A stretch of DNA of 64,000 nt, from positions 32,001-96,000 of IMG/VR virus record IMGVR_UViG_3300032038_000001; one strand, 5' to 3'. Within the stretch, counting starts at the first letter, position 1. Every line of letters begins with the position of its first letter. The notes beneath the pieces were generated by a model. That model did not search any database. It was not told the DNA's origin and worked only from the letters and a program-made list of their open reading frames with translations. This stretch comes from a virus. Its lineage: Duplodnaviria; Caudoviricetes. This document shows positions 40,762 through 52,024 of this stretch, in pieces. A program made the translations under genes and the position numbers.

Positions 40762-41253
40762 TTATATTTTTCTTATTGTTGGTTTAAGACCTTGACCAGC
40801 ATAGAGCTTTTTAAATCCAATTGCATCAGATTCAGAAAGGAATGTCTGTCCGAGTATATCTTTTCCATCATATTCATAACTTACATTTAGAGCTCTAAGC
40901 CTATTTGTTATCTTAGCTAACTGAAGAGGTGACGCATTTACTGCAAATACCAGCTGATACCTTTCAGTTTTATGTGTAATAGTTCTACTATTATGAGCTC
41001 TTTTAGATACAGGCTTCTTGGTTTCTGAAATAGATGGAGATGAAACAGTATTTTCAATAACTGGTTCTTCCTTATTGTTGTTATCCATTACAGTCTGTAC
41101 CTGATAATCAGATTCTTCATTAACTGATAAAGGAACATTTTCAAATGAAATTTCATTAGTTTCAGTCACATCATTTACAACTTCATTATCAATGATATTA
41201 TCTGGAGCTTTATATAAATTTTGTGACTTATTATTTCTATTTTTCTTAGCCAT
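40762..41253 (-). CDS. hypothetical protein, possible C-terminal SPOR-like domain
   Basis: AGGAGG RBS; disordered N-terminus; G.F.S.SDA...K.....GLKPTI. Confidence 0.5.
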   Translation of the reverse strand: MAKKNRNNKSQNLYKAPDNIIDNEVVNDVTETNEISFENVPLSVNEESDYQVQTVMDNNNKEEPVIENTVSSPSISETKKPVSKRAHNSRTITHKTERYQLVFAVNASPLQLAKITNRLRALNVSYEYDGKDILGQTFLSESDAIGFKKLYAGQGLKPTIRKI

Positions 41254-41377
41254 AAGAAATCCTCCTTTTATAAAATGTTTATTATATTGTGGGTATTTTT
41301 TATATTTATTACATCATATTCTCATTTTTTATAATGACAAATATTTAAGTATTTTTTTTTTGAAAGATGGTGAGTAT

Positions 41378-41815
41378 ATGAGAGAATTTGCACGTTCTGA
41401 ACATATGAGAGAAAAATGTCATTATTGTGGTTGTAAGAATAAACTTTATACTGATATTATTGATAAACAAACTGGTAAAATTGCTGGTCACACGCTTAGA
41501 TGCTGTGCCTGCGGAAGAATAGTAACGTTCATTGACCCTAATTATTATGGTATAACAGAAAAATCTAATATTCCAATAATTGACTTTATGAATGGTAAGT
41601 TTATTGCTGGAAAGCAGAAATGTATATTTGAACAATATTGTCCCCATAAAAACTGCGGACTTTACGGTTCAAGACCTCCTCATAAAACAAATCCTGATTC
41701 TGATAAACATACTAAATGCGATTGTAATTGTGAGTGTTGTGAGAACACTGGCTGTGAATTTCAATATCTTAATAAACTACATATTAAAGCTTCAAATGGA
41801 CCACGTTTTAAGTGA
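41378..41815 (+). CDS. Cys-rich zinc-binding protein
   Basis: CHYC, CCAC, C...CPHKNC, CDCNCECC; start at MREF. Confidence 0.65.
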   Translation: MREFARSEHMREKCHYCGCKNKLYTDIIDKQTGKIAGHTLRCCACGRIVTFIDPNYYGITEKSNIPIIDFMNGKFIAGKQKCIFEQYCPHKNCGLYGSRPPHKTNPDSDKHTKCDCNCECCENTGCEFQYLNKLHIKASNGPRFK

Positions 41816-41852
41816 TTAAAAAAATATTTAAGAAAGGTAAGTGTGATCCATA

Positions 41853-42656
41853 ATGTTAAATGATGAGTATTCGTATGAGCCAACTGATATTGACGACGAG
41901 CTCTTTCTGTCTGAGGTACCTCTTAATCTACTACAAAAATCTATTGAAACACAATTTCAAGACCCACTCGAAAATAGAAAGAGAGATTATATCCAGACGT
42001 ATATAACAAAATATGATTTTTCAAAACAAAATCTTGAAGGTGATGAGGCTGAAGAACTAGAGCAAATGAATGCTAGGTTCTTATCATTCATAACAAAAAT
42101 ATTTGATGTTTATTTAGGAATAGGATTTCCAGAATTAGAAGATATGGATGACGAAGAAGCACATGAACTTATTCTACAAACATATCGTTTCTTCATAAAA
42201 AATATAAAGAAGAATTTTGTTTATCTCATTTTTAATTACATTGATCAAAACTTGGAAGAGCTGGTTAATGATGATGAAATTTGTCCTAAGAAGAGAGATG
42301 TCACAACTCTCAATTTTAAAGGTGAAATTGAAAATGAGAATGATATTACAATCATATCTAATCTAGGTTCGGTTGTTTCTTATATTTTAAATCAAGACTT
42401 CTCCGTTGATGATTTCTTCGATTTAATAAAGTCTAACAGTAATTGTCTTGAAACAGAATATGTGGAAGAAAAGTTTGATGAATTTTTAATAACTGGAAAT
42501 TTTGTAAATAATTATATCAATATGGTTGATTCTAGTTTTAGAATTGAACTAGAATCAAAGATAAGAAATAAAATACTGAAAAAGTATCCTAAAAGAACAA
42601 GAAAAGAAATTGAAGACGAAATTGAAAATACGGAAATTGTTGATAACGAAGATTAA
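41853..42656 (+). CDS. acidic conserved hypothetical protein
   Basis: 267-aa ORF with RBS. Confidence 0.7.
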   Translation: MLNDEYSYEPTDIDDELFLSEVPLNLLQKSIETQFQDPLENRKRDYIQTYITKYDFSKQNLEGDEAEELEQMNARFLSFITKIFDVYLGIGFPELEDMDDEEAHELILQTYRFFIKNIKKNFVYLIFNYIDQNLEELVNDDEICPKKRDVTTLNFKGEIENENDITIISNLGSVVSYILNQDFSVDDFFDLIKSNSNCLETEYVEEKFDEFLITGNFVNNYINMVDSSFRIELESKIRNKILKKYPKRTRKEIEDEIENTEIVDNED

Positions 42657-42767
42657 TGCTTAATGTGGTGGTTCATTAAGAAACTATTAATCAATTATAT
42701 AATATTTATTTGTATAAACACTAAGGTTTATATATAATCTTTTTAAAATCTGAAAGGAGTAATATCT

Positions 42768-43460
42768 ATGTTTTTTGGAAAAAACAATAATAACGGAGGA
42801 GTAAATGTTAACACATCATTTTATACCTCGTATAGTAATGAGTCATTACTTACTGTGGGTGGATGGAACCGAAATCTGTCAATAAAGCTTGCACCCTCAA
42901 CAGGTAAAGATGCAAATGGTCTAACACAGTATACTCAGGACCAGAATCAAATAATTAACACGAGTATACGGGAAGAAAATGCAATAGCTCTTCTTGAAGG
43001 CTATAAAGAAGTAATTCTTCCAGCTATTAAAGATAAGAAAGATGCTAAGATCACTATTTCAATAGGAAGTGGTGATACTAAAAAAGCACTTTCTATTATG
43101 TATAAGGATGGTAATGCAATCCTTGAACTGGCTACAAATATCAACGAGTCAGGTGTAACTGACGAAAGTCATGTTTATAAGCATACTTTTAATAAGAAGG
43201 GATATGCTGTTGATTATAAATGGGAAGATGGAACAGCGGAAGTAGTAGATACTGAAGCAGACCTTATTAACTTCATGAAGAAGATAGAGAAGATGCAGGA
43301 TTTAGTACCTACAACTGCTCATAGTATCAAGTATTCAGAAGCAAATAAGGCAGCATATAAAAATAATAATCAGAATAACAGTGATTATCAATCAAACTAT
43401 TCAGCACCGTCAAATACATTTAACGGTTCTGATATGGGCGATTTCCTGCCTTATTCGTAA
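42768..43460 (+). CDS. probable single-stranded DNA-binding protein
   Basis: Beta-rich core, N/Q/S linker, SSB-like acidic-hydrophobic tail DMGDFLPYS. Confidence 0.5.
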   Translation: MFFGKNNNNGGVNVNTSFYTSYSNESLLTVGGWNRNLSIKLAPSTGKDANGLTQYTQDQNQIINTSIREENAIALLEGYKEVILPAIKDKKDAKITISIGSGDTKKALSIMYKDGNAILELATNINESGVTDESHVYKHTFNKKGYAVDYKWEDGTAEVVDTEADLINFMKKIEKMQDLVPTTAHSIKYSEANKAAYKNNNQNNSDYQSNYSAPSNTFNGSDMGDFLPYS

Positions 43461-43534
43461 ATAAAAACCAAACGAGTGAAATTTAATATTAAATTTCACT
43501 CGTTTTTTTTGTAATAGAAAGGGGTTGATTAGTT

Positions 43535-44242
43535 ATGTCTGAACGTCATATATATGTCACATCTGATACCATATTCACAAATTCTCAATGTCTGTTTGTT
43601 GAATATAATGACGTTATTAAAATGCCAATGTTTGTACTCTTGTTAATTTTAAAAAATAATGAGAGTATGAAAAATATATTTGATATGAGAGAAATTGACT
43701 ATCTTTCACTTCCTGAGTTATATGAATGGTATACCACACGAAAACATATAAATTTTTTAGAAGATTTACCATTAAAGGTAAGTAATCTACCTGATAATTT
43801 TTTTGATGAGACATTGAATGATTTAATGCTTAAATCAAAAGATTTATATAATAACATTGGTGAATTAAGCTTTGCTGATGTAATACGTATGGTGATTGCT
43901 CAAGAAAAATTAGTTAAACGAATAGTAATTTATAATAAGGAAAATAATGATTTTATTCGTAATGATGTGCATGAAATGTACGGCGATCATGTTGAATTTA
44001 TATATGGAGATTTTCGAGAGGTTATTGAAAATATCCCTAATGATTCGACATATGTATTTTCAGATATAAATAAAATTAATATATTAGCAGAAATGGAAAG
44101 ATTAAATTTCGCATCTATTCTGATACCACATGGATATAGATATAATTCAATTGATAGTGAAACTTATAAAGTAAATTTTGAAGAATTACTTTCAAAGTTT
44201 ACATTTAAATATGAGTTTTTTAATCCAATTGCTATCAATTGA
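43535..44242 (+). CDS. conserved hypothetical protein
   Basis: 235-aa ORF with RBS. Confidence 0.65.
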   Translation: MSERHIYVTSDTIFTNSQCLFVEYNDVIKMPMFVLLLILKNNESMKNIFDMREIDYLSLPELYEWYTTRKHINFLEDLPLKVSNLPDNFFDETLNDLMLKSKDLYNNIGELSFADVIRMVIAQEKLVKRIVIYNKENNDFIRNDVHEMYGDHVEFIYGDFREVIENIPNDSTYVFSDINKINILAEMERLNFASILIPHGYRYNSIDSETYKVNFEELLSKFTFKYEFFNPIAIN

Positions 44243-44302
44243 TTTATAATAATCTAGAATACAATTTTTATAACAAGTTTTTTTGAGAGGAGTAGATTAA
44301 AT

Positions 44303-46396
44303 ATGAATAACTACGAAATTGATAAAAATATCAAGGAAGCTACTGTTGGAGTTGATATGAGCTCTGACGACGGTAGACGCTTTAAAAAAGAACCTAGGAT
44401 AAATGTAATATCAAAAGAAGAATTTGAAGAAAGAACTCAACAGGTATTTCATCTCCTGTGGAAGCATCTTTCAAAGTCGTTTGGTCCATATGGTGCTCCG
44501 ACTTTAATAAATAATTATCCTTATAGACACGTAACAAAAGATGGATATACAATAATGAAGCATCTTTCTATGGATTGCTCAGAAACTCTGGTTGACCAGG
44601 CTATTGCTGATATGGCGGCAGATATATGTGGTAGACTTAACTATTCAGTTGGTGATGGTACCACATCTGCAGTTATTGCAACAAATAGTATTTTCCAGAA
44701 TTATTGTAATTCTAAAAAGTGGTTTAAGGATAACTATATTCTTCCTCGTGACATACTTCAAAAGTATGCCATTATTAAAGAAGAACTTATTAAGCGTCTT
44801 CATGAAAAATCAAGACCAGTAACTAAAGAGAATTTATATCAGATAATTCATGATGTTGTCTATATATCAAGTAATGGTGATGAACAGATAACTGATTATA
44901 TATCTGATTTATATAGAGAACTTGGTTGCCCTGCTATTTCTTGTGCACTTTCTCCTGATGGTGTGACAAGAAAAACTTTGATAAGCGGCTATAAGTTCGA
45001 AGCAACGCTTACTGATAAGCTTTATATTAATTCAGATGATAATACATTAAAGTTAAATGAAGCAGATATTGTCATCTTTGAAACAAAGATAACACGTGAA
45101 ACTTATGAAACGATTCTCATGCCTCTCAATAATAATTGCAGAGCTAGAGGAAGACATCTTATAGTTATGGCACCTTATTATGATGAGATTGCTCTTAAAC
45201 AGGTTATTGCTCGTGATTTAAATAATGAGTATTCCAAGAATAAGGATATTAATATGATTCTTATGACATATCGTGCAACATCGGCACATGCTAAGAGAAT
45301 TATAAATGATTTTGCAGTTCTTGCAAATACACTTATAATTGATAGAGCTATAGAAAGGTCTATTAAGGACGATATTGCAGGTGGTAGACAAGTATTTGAG
45401 ATATTTAATATTGATAATAGAGATATACCGTCTATAAATAATATAGCGTTCCCCATTGATAATTCTACTGGTGATGTCCATGTTGTATATGACAATCCCA
45501 TTATTTTTACAGGTATAAATGAAGTTCCTGAAGGATTTTCTATTCCTAATCTTATAGATAATCCAATAAGGCTAGGATATGCAGGAGATATTTCTCTTGG
45601 TCTCGATTCTTCTGTATTCGGTAAGTTCTTCTATGATGAACATCGTTTTGATACAATATATCATGATGCAAAGGATATACTCGAAGCGACTGAGAAGAAG
45701 TATCAAAAGCTTGGAACATTCAATTACGAAGTTTCTCAGGCACAGGAAAGATTCTATTCATTGAATCTTAAGATGGGACTCATTGAAGTTGGTGCGGATA
45801 GTGAACTTTCACAGAAGCTGTTAAAAGATGCTGTGGATGATGCTATTAAGGCAGCAGCAAGTGCTTTTAATTTTGGAGTAATTAATGGATGCAATGTTGA
45901 CCTTATCTCGTGTATTGAAGAATCATTGCAGAGTAAACTTCATGAGAATACTGTTGATACTACTGACATAGTATTATACAAGATTCTCAGAGGTGGATTT
46001 AGAGATGTGTATAAGACAATACTCGATAGTGCTATAGGAAATTTTGAGATCGAAATCAATAAGTGCCCTAATGGTTTTCCTAAGGAACTTCATATTGGTA
46101 TGATTAAAAATATATTCCCTGATTATGATAAATTAAATGAACTTATCATGTCATTACTTAGTAAGGAAGATTCGTCTACAGATGAAGAAGTACACATCAA
46201 AACTTCTTTAATTGATCTTATTATAGACTATTCTGTTAAGTATGGTCTCGTGTTTGATGTAGCATCTAAGACTTTTACTAATAGAGTAATTAATTCTTGT
46301 AGAACTGATGAAGAAATCCTTAAGGCAACGATTGATTTGATTTCGCTGTTAATTACTGGAAATCAGATGGTTGTAACACAGAAACATAATTTCTAA
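44303..46396 (+). CDS. GroEL-like phage chaperonin
   Basis: SFGPYG, VTKDGYTI, VGDGTTSA, ISSNGD, DAVDDAIKA, GVINGC. Confidence 0.9.
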   Translation: MNNYEIDKNIKEATVGVDMSSDDGRRFKKEPRINVISKEEFEERTQQVFHLLWKHLSKSFGPYGAPTLINNYPYRHVTKDGYTIMKHLSMDCSETLVDQAIADMAADICGRLNYSVGDGTTSAVIATNSIFQNYCNSKKWFKDNYILPRDILQKYAIIKEELIKRLHEKSRPVTKENLYQIIHDVVYISSNGDEQITDYISDLYRELGCPAISCALSPDGVTRKTLISGYKFEATLTDKLYINSDDNTLKLNEADIVIFETKITRETYETILMPLNNNCRARGRHLIVMAPYYDEIALKQVIARDLNNEYSKNKDINMILMTYRATSAHAKRIINDFAVLANTLIIDRAIERSIKDDIAGGRQVFEIFNIDNRDIPSINNIAFPIDNSTGDVHVVYDNPIIFTGINEVPEGFSIPNLIDNPIRLGYAGDISLGLDSSVFGKFFYDEHRFDTIYHDAKDILEATEKKYQKLGTFNYEVSQAQERFYSLNLKMGLIEVGADSELSQKLLKDAVDDAIKAAASAFNFGVINGCNVDLISCIEESLQSKLHENTVDTTDIVLYKILRGGFRDVYKTILDSAIGNFEIEINKCPNGFPKELHIGMIKNIFPDYDKLNELIMSLLSKEDSSTDEEVHIKTSLIDLIIDYSVKYGLVFDVASKTFTNRVINSCRTDEEILKATIDLISLLITGNQMVVTQKHNF

Positions 46397-46422
46397 GAGA
46401 TTGAGAGGGGATTTTTTAAATA

Positions 46423-47235
46423 ATGGCAAAATCCAAATATCAATCCATTGGCGAATTTATGTATTCCCCTTTTGGTCTTAATTCGTCAATGGAAAAAAAT
46501 AATAAATACGAAAGCTTGTATAATACATTTGTTAAAGCAAACAAGATATACATTGCTGGATATACTAATATTGAGGACTCATATTACGTTCACGTTAAAA
46601 TTCCGTCAGAATCCCAAAAAGATGGAAAATATGAGTATGATGTTGTAATAAGATTTTTCACAGATAAACCTGAACTTAAACGTGCTAATAGTTTAAGAGC
46701 ATATTATATGCAATTTTTCAGTAATAGTCCTAGTTTTATATATAAATACGCCGCTTTATATAAAAAAGAAGACTATTTAATCAAAGTTTTATATGATAAA
46801 CTTGATCCTGAATATAGCAATGTGATGCCCACTAAAACTAATGCAGATATGGAATTATCATATGATAAATCTATTTATTTTGCTTGTAAATTTTTATCAG
46901 ACGGGCGATTCAGATATTTAAATAAAGTTGGTCTTTTGCTTCAAAAAAAGAAGACACCTGCTAAGTTTTTCTCAGATATCTCCGATTTTCAGTCAATTAA
47001 ATTTGACCGCGAATTAATGGATGTTGAGAAAAAACTCAAGAGAGATATTCAAAATAAACGAACACCTGAGGAACATAAAGATCGGAAAAAACTTAATGAT
47101 TTAAAAAAAATACAGGCAGGTTCATCAACATTGAAAGACAAGACTCATACCTCTATATCTCGTAAACCTAAAATTACGGGCAATTCACATAAAAAAACAA
47201 AAATAGTTGCAAGAAAAACTACTAAAAAGAATTAG
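46423..47235 (+). CDS. conserved hypothetical protein with basic tail
   Basis: HVKIPSES...YDVVIRF...FSNSPSF.Y block. Confidence 0.7.
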   Translation: MAKSKYQSIGEFMYSPFGLNSSMEKNNKYESLYNTFVKANKIYIAGYTNIEDSYYVHVKIPSESQKDGKYEYDVVIRFFTDKPELKRANSLRAYYMQFFSNSPSFIYKYAALYKKEDYLIKVLYDKLDPEYSNVMPTKTNADMELSYDKSIYFACKFLSDGRFRYLNKVGLLLQKKKTPAKFFSDISDFQSIKFDRELMDVEKKLKRDIQNKRTPEEHKDRKKLNDLKKIQAGSSTLKDKTHTSISRKPKITGNSHKKTKIVARKTTKKN

Positions 47236-47287
47236 TTATATATTATTTTTTTTGCAATTAATTATGTTTAGAGAGGGGCATATTCAC

Positions 47288-49030
47288 ATGGCAAAAAAGA
47301 AAAAAAATAGTGACGGAATCAATGGCTGGAAACCAACAAAAGAAAGTCAGATGATAGTCACTCAGGATGGTAAACTTTTTGTTTGCAACTTTGACAAAGT
47401 CTTCGGTTATCCAAACTTGGAAGTTTATAATCGATTTATTATAAACAGACAGGCGTATAAAAATCAGTTGCCGGTAATCATCAATTATATCAATTATTTT
47501 ATTAATTTTTACGACACTGATCATGAGCTTGTACTCGGATATTTGAAGGTTAAGTATGCACTGGACAAAAATAAGGAATTCAATCAGGACAATATGAAAG
47601 CATATATAGCTTTTTTATATGAAGTTATATTAACGCCGACTATTGTTGATAAGATAATTAGACTCACCGAGGATAATTATCATGAAGACATTGAAGCTGA
47701 AAGTGACGATAAAAAGAAATATCAGAAAAACAAGAAAAAATACCTTGAAAGTCTGGAATTCACTAATCAGCATGTTAAGATATTACTTTCAATATCATTA
47801 GCAATGAGAATTCTTTGTCCGGTGATTTTTCATTATTTCAGTATTAATAATATTAATGCTGGTAAAGATGATAACGAGTTATTTGATTTTTATCTTGGAT
47901 TATTTAAGCTATTCGGTTACGGTACAACTTTTGAGCTATATGATTCTGATAATAATCTTTTGAAATCTGACATTGACAGAAGTGTAATAGATGAAGCTCT
48001 TAAAAACGGTGAAATCTATTTCGATTCAACACTTAATAATCGTGAAGGATATAGAATAAAGGACAGTAATAACTATTATGCTCTTACACGAATCGATATG
48101 TATAATAAACTTTTCGTATATGTAAAAGCTAAAGTTCTTGAAAGCTACAGTAATAACTCGATAATTTTTGATCAGAGAGAAATAATGGGAAAAGATATAT
48201 ATTGGGTTATTAATAACTTCACGAAAAATATGTTAGTAAGTTCTATCATAGTCAAATATAAATTTGGTAGTAAAGAAGAAAAAACAAATATAATCGGTCT
48301 CAATAAGACTGTTTTAAAATATCAACTCAATTACTATCTCAAGGAACAGTATAAGAAAACAATGATTGAGGTTACTGATACAAAGAATTCTGATGAATTA
48401 TCTGGTGCGGATAAGATGCTTATGAATCTTACTAAACTTGATGAAGGAATTATGGTCTATGCTGATATAAATATTGACTCTACAGTCAATATGATAAAGA
48501 AGTTAATAGACATTCCGATATCTGATGAAGAAGTAAACTATTATATGAAACATCACGTGCCCTCTAAAATACAGATACAGTTGGTGTATTCATATTATAC
48601 AAAATATTTTCACTCGTATAGAGATTTAAACCTTTTAACACGACGTGATTATATAACTTTACTGTTATTATTGAAGAAAAAGTTACTTATTGAGTTAGGA
48701 TATGAGGAAGAAGATGGCACAATTCATCAAGCTGCATTACCTTATATTCTCACAGGTAATCTGGAGGATAAGTTAAACACTAGGATTATACGGAATAATA
48801 AGTTTATTTCTAAAGTGGAAGAATCCTATCTCTATAAGAACTTGGTTGAAACTAAGTTTTTCTTATTACAACAGATAAAACCTGATTATGTTTTATCTCT
48901 TCTGAGCAGTATTATCAATTCTAAATTCACATACATTGTATATGAAAGACCTGATTTATTAGGTCATGAGATAAACTATTCTGAAGATAAAATAAGTGAT
49001 GAACTTTTATTCTTCTTAAACAGTATATAA
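47288..49030 (+). CDS. probable non-virion RNAP promoter-specificity subunit (AR9 gp226/phiKZ gp68-like)
   Basis: Helical 580-aa ORF two genes after the chaperonin, with TATATTAT at 47239-47246; assignment rests on recalled synteny. Confidence 0.45.
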   Translation: MAKKKKNSDGINGWKPTKESQMIVTQDGKLFVCNFDKVFGYPNLEVYNRFIINRQAYKNQLPVIINYINYFINFYDTDHELVLGYLKVKYALDKNKEFNQDNMKAYIAFLYEVILTPTIVDKIIRLTEDNYHEDIEAESDDKKKYQKNKKKYLESLEFTNQHVKILLSISLAMRILCPVIFHYFSINNINAGKDDNELFDFYLGLFKLFGYGTTFELYDSDNNLLKSDIDRSVIDEALKNGEIYFDSTLNNREGYRIKDSNNYYALTRIDMYNKLFVYVKAKVLESYSNNSIIFDQREIMGKDIYWVINNFTKNMLVSSIIVKYKFGSKEEKTNIIGLNKTVLKYQLNYYLKEQYKKTMIEVTDTKNSDELSGADKMLMNLTKLDEGIMVYADINIDSTVNMIKKLIDIPISDEEVNYYMKHHVPSKIQIQLVYSYYTKYFHSYRDLNLLTRRDYITLLLLLKKKLLIELGYEEEDGTIHQAALPYILTGNLEDKLNTRIIRNNKFISKVEESYLYKNLVETKFFLLQQIKPDYVLSLLSSIINSKFTYIVYERPDLLGHEINYSEDKISDELLFFLNSI

Positions 49031-49132
49031 ATATATAAAGAGTGTATAGAAAAATTTCTATGCACTCTTTATTTTTTATATTATTAATTACATCATCATA
49101 ACTTTATATACACAAGGAGGAAATATACAAAA

Positions 49133-49651
49133 ATGTCAGTAGAAAAACGAAATGAGTACATAAGTTGGCATGAATATTTTATGCTATTAGCTCAAGTGTC
49201 AGCTTTAAGAAGCAAAGACCCTAGATGTCAGGTCGGATGCTGTATCGTAGACCCAAATAATAATAAAGTTATTTCTCTTGGATATAATGGTTTCCCAAGA
49301 GGAATTAACGACGATACATTCCCATGGTCTAAATCATCAAATAAATATAGTGAACAAAAATTTGCATATGTAGTTCATGCTGAACTTAATGCAATATTGA
49401 ATGCTGGTAGAGCACTTAATGGTACACATATGTATGTAACCCACTTTCCATGTAACGAGTGTTGTAAAGCAATCATTCAGGCAGGGATAACCGACATATT
49501 TTATCTAAATGATTATGATGGAGGAAGTGAGTCTACAACTGCATCAATCAATATGATGAATGCAGTTAAAATAAATATACATCGGATTAAAAAATCCGAT
49601 TTTGATTTAGTTGATTATATGGATAAATATAGTAAAGATAGAAATAATTAA
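49133..49651 (+). CDS. dCMP deaminase
   Basis: RSKDP..QVG, GYNG, HAELNAI, PCNECCKAIIQAGI. Confidence 0.92.
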   Translation: MSVEKRNEYISWHEYFMLLAQVSALRSKDPRCQVGCCIVDPNNNKVISLGYNGFPRGINDDTFPWSKSSNKYSEQKFAYVVHAELNAILNAGRALNGTHMYVTHFPCNECCKAIIQAGITDIFYLNDYDGGSESTTASINMMNAVKINIHRIKKSDFDLVDYMDKYSKDRNN

Positions 49652-49830
49652 TCTATATTATTCATATAAAAATAATTGGTACTTTAAACCAACATAATAC
49701 TTGATGCAATGATATGCATCAAGTATTATTTTTTTATTTGTTCTTTAATTAAGAATTTCTTTTTATAAAATTAAATAAAAAATGGAGAATTACATTTATT
49801 TAATTCATTTCAGAAAGGAAGAATTAAAAT

Positions 49831-50061
49831 ATGACAATTACTGTTTATAGTACTGGCTGTCCTAAATGTAAAGTACTTGAAACAAAATTAAAGCAAAAAA
49901 ATATTAAATATACGATAAATAATGATATTGAAGTAATGAAATCACTTGGATTTTCAACAGTACCGATGATGGTTGTTGAATACGTTGACCGAGATACCGA
50001 AACATTTGATTTTAAAGGAGCCATTGAATGGGCTAATTCTATGGATTATCAAGTTGAATAA
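49831..50061 (+). CDS. glutaredoxin/NrdH-like redoxin
   Basis: CPKC and TVP motifs; directly upstream of nrdD. Confidence 0.8.
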   Translation: MTITVYSTGCPKCKVLETKLKQKNIKYTINNDIEVMKSLGFSTVPMMVVEYVDRDTETFDFKGAIEWANSMDYQVE

Positions 50062-50089
50062 ATTTTTTTAGAAAGGATTTGAATATATC

Positions 50090-52024
50090 ATGGATATTCG
50101 GTTAAATACTGGTAGAGATTTTGATTTTGCTATTGATAATTTACGAAGAAAGTATGGAGAGAGTTTTGAATATCTTAATGGACTTCATCCGACACAATTA
50201 AATTTTTCCAACTTTATTGATGCTTTTATTGATAAAAACGTTGCTGATGTTACTATAGACGGAAATGCGAATGCACATCATAAAGATGTTGTTTCATTGG
50301 AAGCTGAAAAAGATAAGTCTATAGATAAGCTTTTTGCAGCGAACAAAATTTTTTATGAAATGGAAAAGAAGTATGGACAACAAACTGCTAGAGAATGGCT
50401 TGAAACCGAATGGACTGGTGGATTTTATTTACATGATTTCCCATCAGCAACATTAAAGCCATATTGCTATGCATATGATTTAGACAGACTTGCAAGAGAA
50501 GGTCTATTCTTTATTGAAAATTATAATTATAAACCCGCGCAGCATTTAACTACATGGTTTGATGATGTGATAGAATATATTTCATACATGTCAAATAGAA
50601 CTTCTGGTGCTGTAGGGTTGCCTAATGTACTAGTATGGGCATTTTATTTCTGGAAAAAAGATACTGAAACTGGATACTGTATTAAGAATCCTGAATATCA
50701 TATAAGACAAAATTTCCAGAAATTTATTCATAGACTGAATCAGCCGTTTATGCGTGTTGACCAAAGTGCGTTTACGAATGTATCAATTTTTGATAGATAT
50801 TACTTGGAAGAATTATTTGGCGGACTTGAGTTTCCCGATGGTTCTCTGGCTATTGATTATATTGATGAGATACTTAACCTTGAAAAAATTTACATGGAAG
50901 TAACATCTGAAGTTCGTAATGAAAATATGTTCACATTTCCTGTATTAACTTATTCTCTTTTATATGATTACGAAAATGAGAAATTTGTTGATGAAGAATT
51001 TGCAAGGTGGTGTTCTGATCATAATTGTCAGTGGAATGATAGTAACTTCTTCATTTCGGATAATGTTGGTGTACTGAGTAATTGCTGTAGACTTCTCAGT
51101 GATACATCTAAACTGGATGCATTTATTAATTCTATTGGTGGTACAGCATTGTCAATAGGTAGTGTTAAGGTTAACACTATTAATCTTATGCATATATTCT
51201 ATGAACTTGGTGATAATATTGATAAGGCAGCTTATCTTAAAATACTTAAGGACCGAGTTATTCTTTGCTGTAAAACACTTGATAGAGTACGACACATAAT
51301 TAAAAGAAACCATGAAAAGGGCATATTACCCAACTATGTTGAAGGCGGAATTGAGATGAGCAAGCAGTATTGCACTGTTGGTATGCTTGGTCTTTATGAA
51401 GTAATTAAATCTTTTGGTTTTACATCTGAAGATGAGTTTGGAAACATTTCATATACTGATGAGGGAATACAGTTTGCTGAAGAGATTTTTAGTGTTATAA
51501 ACACTACAAAGGATAACTTTACCGATGAATATTCGTTTAACCTTGAGTCAGTACCTGCTGAAAGAGCAGCTGTTATTCTTTGTGCAAAAGATAACTTACT
51601 GTTTAATAGGGACAGTGATACATTTATATACTCTAATCAATGGATTCCTCTTACTGCTAAGTGTACAATTCAAGAGAAGATAAGGTTATCGTCAATTCTT
51701 GATAAAAAATGTGGTGGTGGCGCAATCGCTCACATTAATATAGAAAATAATTTTCCCAATACGGATATGGCTTGGGATATGCTTAATGAAATTGCAAGAA
51801 AAGGCGTTATGTACTTTGCATTCAACACAAGAATAAATGTGTGTGAAAATCACCATGGCTTTGTTGGAACAAATATATGTCCAACCTGCGGAAAACCTGT
51901 ATATGATACGTATCAGCGTATAGTTGGATTCCTTGTTCCGTCAAAAGCATATTCTAAAGAAAGGTTTAAAGAGTTTAATGCGAGACAATGGTACTCATTT
52001 GCACAACTCAGGAATGAAGGATGA
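50090..52024 (+). CDS. nrdD: anaerobic (class III) ribonucleotide reductase, no ATP cone
   Basis: YLHD, PYC, FTFPV, SNCCRL, ESVPAE, GGG, zinc ribbon, RIVGFL glycyl-radical motif. Confidence 0.93.
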   Translation: MDIRLNTGRDFDFAIDNLRRKYGESFEYLNGLHPTQLNFSNFIDAFIDKNVADVTIDGNANAHHKDVVSLEAEKDKSIDKLFAANKIFYEMEKKYGQQTAREWLETEWTGGFYLHDFPSATLKPYCYAYDLDRLAREGLFFIENYNYKPAQHLTTWFDDVIEYISYMSNRTSGAVGLPNVLVWAFYFWKKDTETGYCIKNPEYHIRQNFQKFIHRLNQPFMRVDQSAFTNVSIFDRYYLEELFGGLEFPDGSLAIDYIDEILNLEKIYMEVTSEVRNENMFTFPVLTYSLLYDYENEKFVDEEFARWCSDHNCQWNDSNFFISDNVGVLSNCCRLLSDTSKLDAFINSIGGTALSIGSVKVNTINLMHIFYELGDNIDKAAYLKILKDRVILCCKTLDRVRHIIKRNHEKGILPNYVEGGIEMSKQYCTVGMLGLYEVIKSFGFTSEDEFGNISYTDEGIQFAEEIFSVINTTKDNFTDEYSFNLESVPAERAAVILCAKDNLLFNRDSDTFIYSNQWIPLTAKCTIQEKIRLSSILDKKCGGGAIAHINIENNFPNTDMAWDMLNEIARKGVMYFAFNTRINVCENHHGFVGTNICPTCGKPVYDTYQRIVGFLVPSKAYSKERFKEFNARQWYSFAQLRNEG

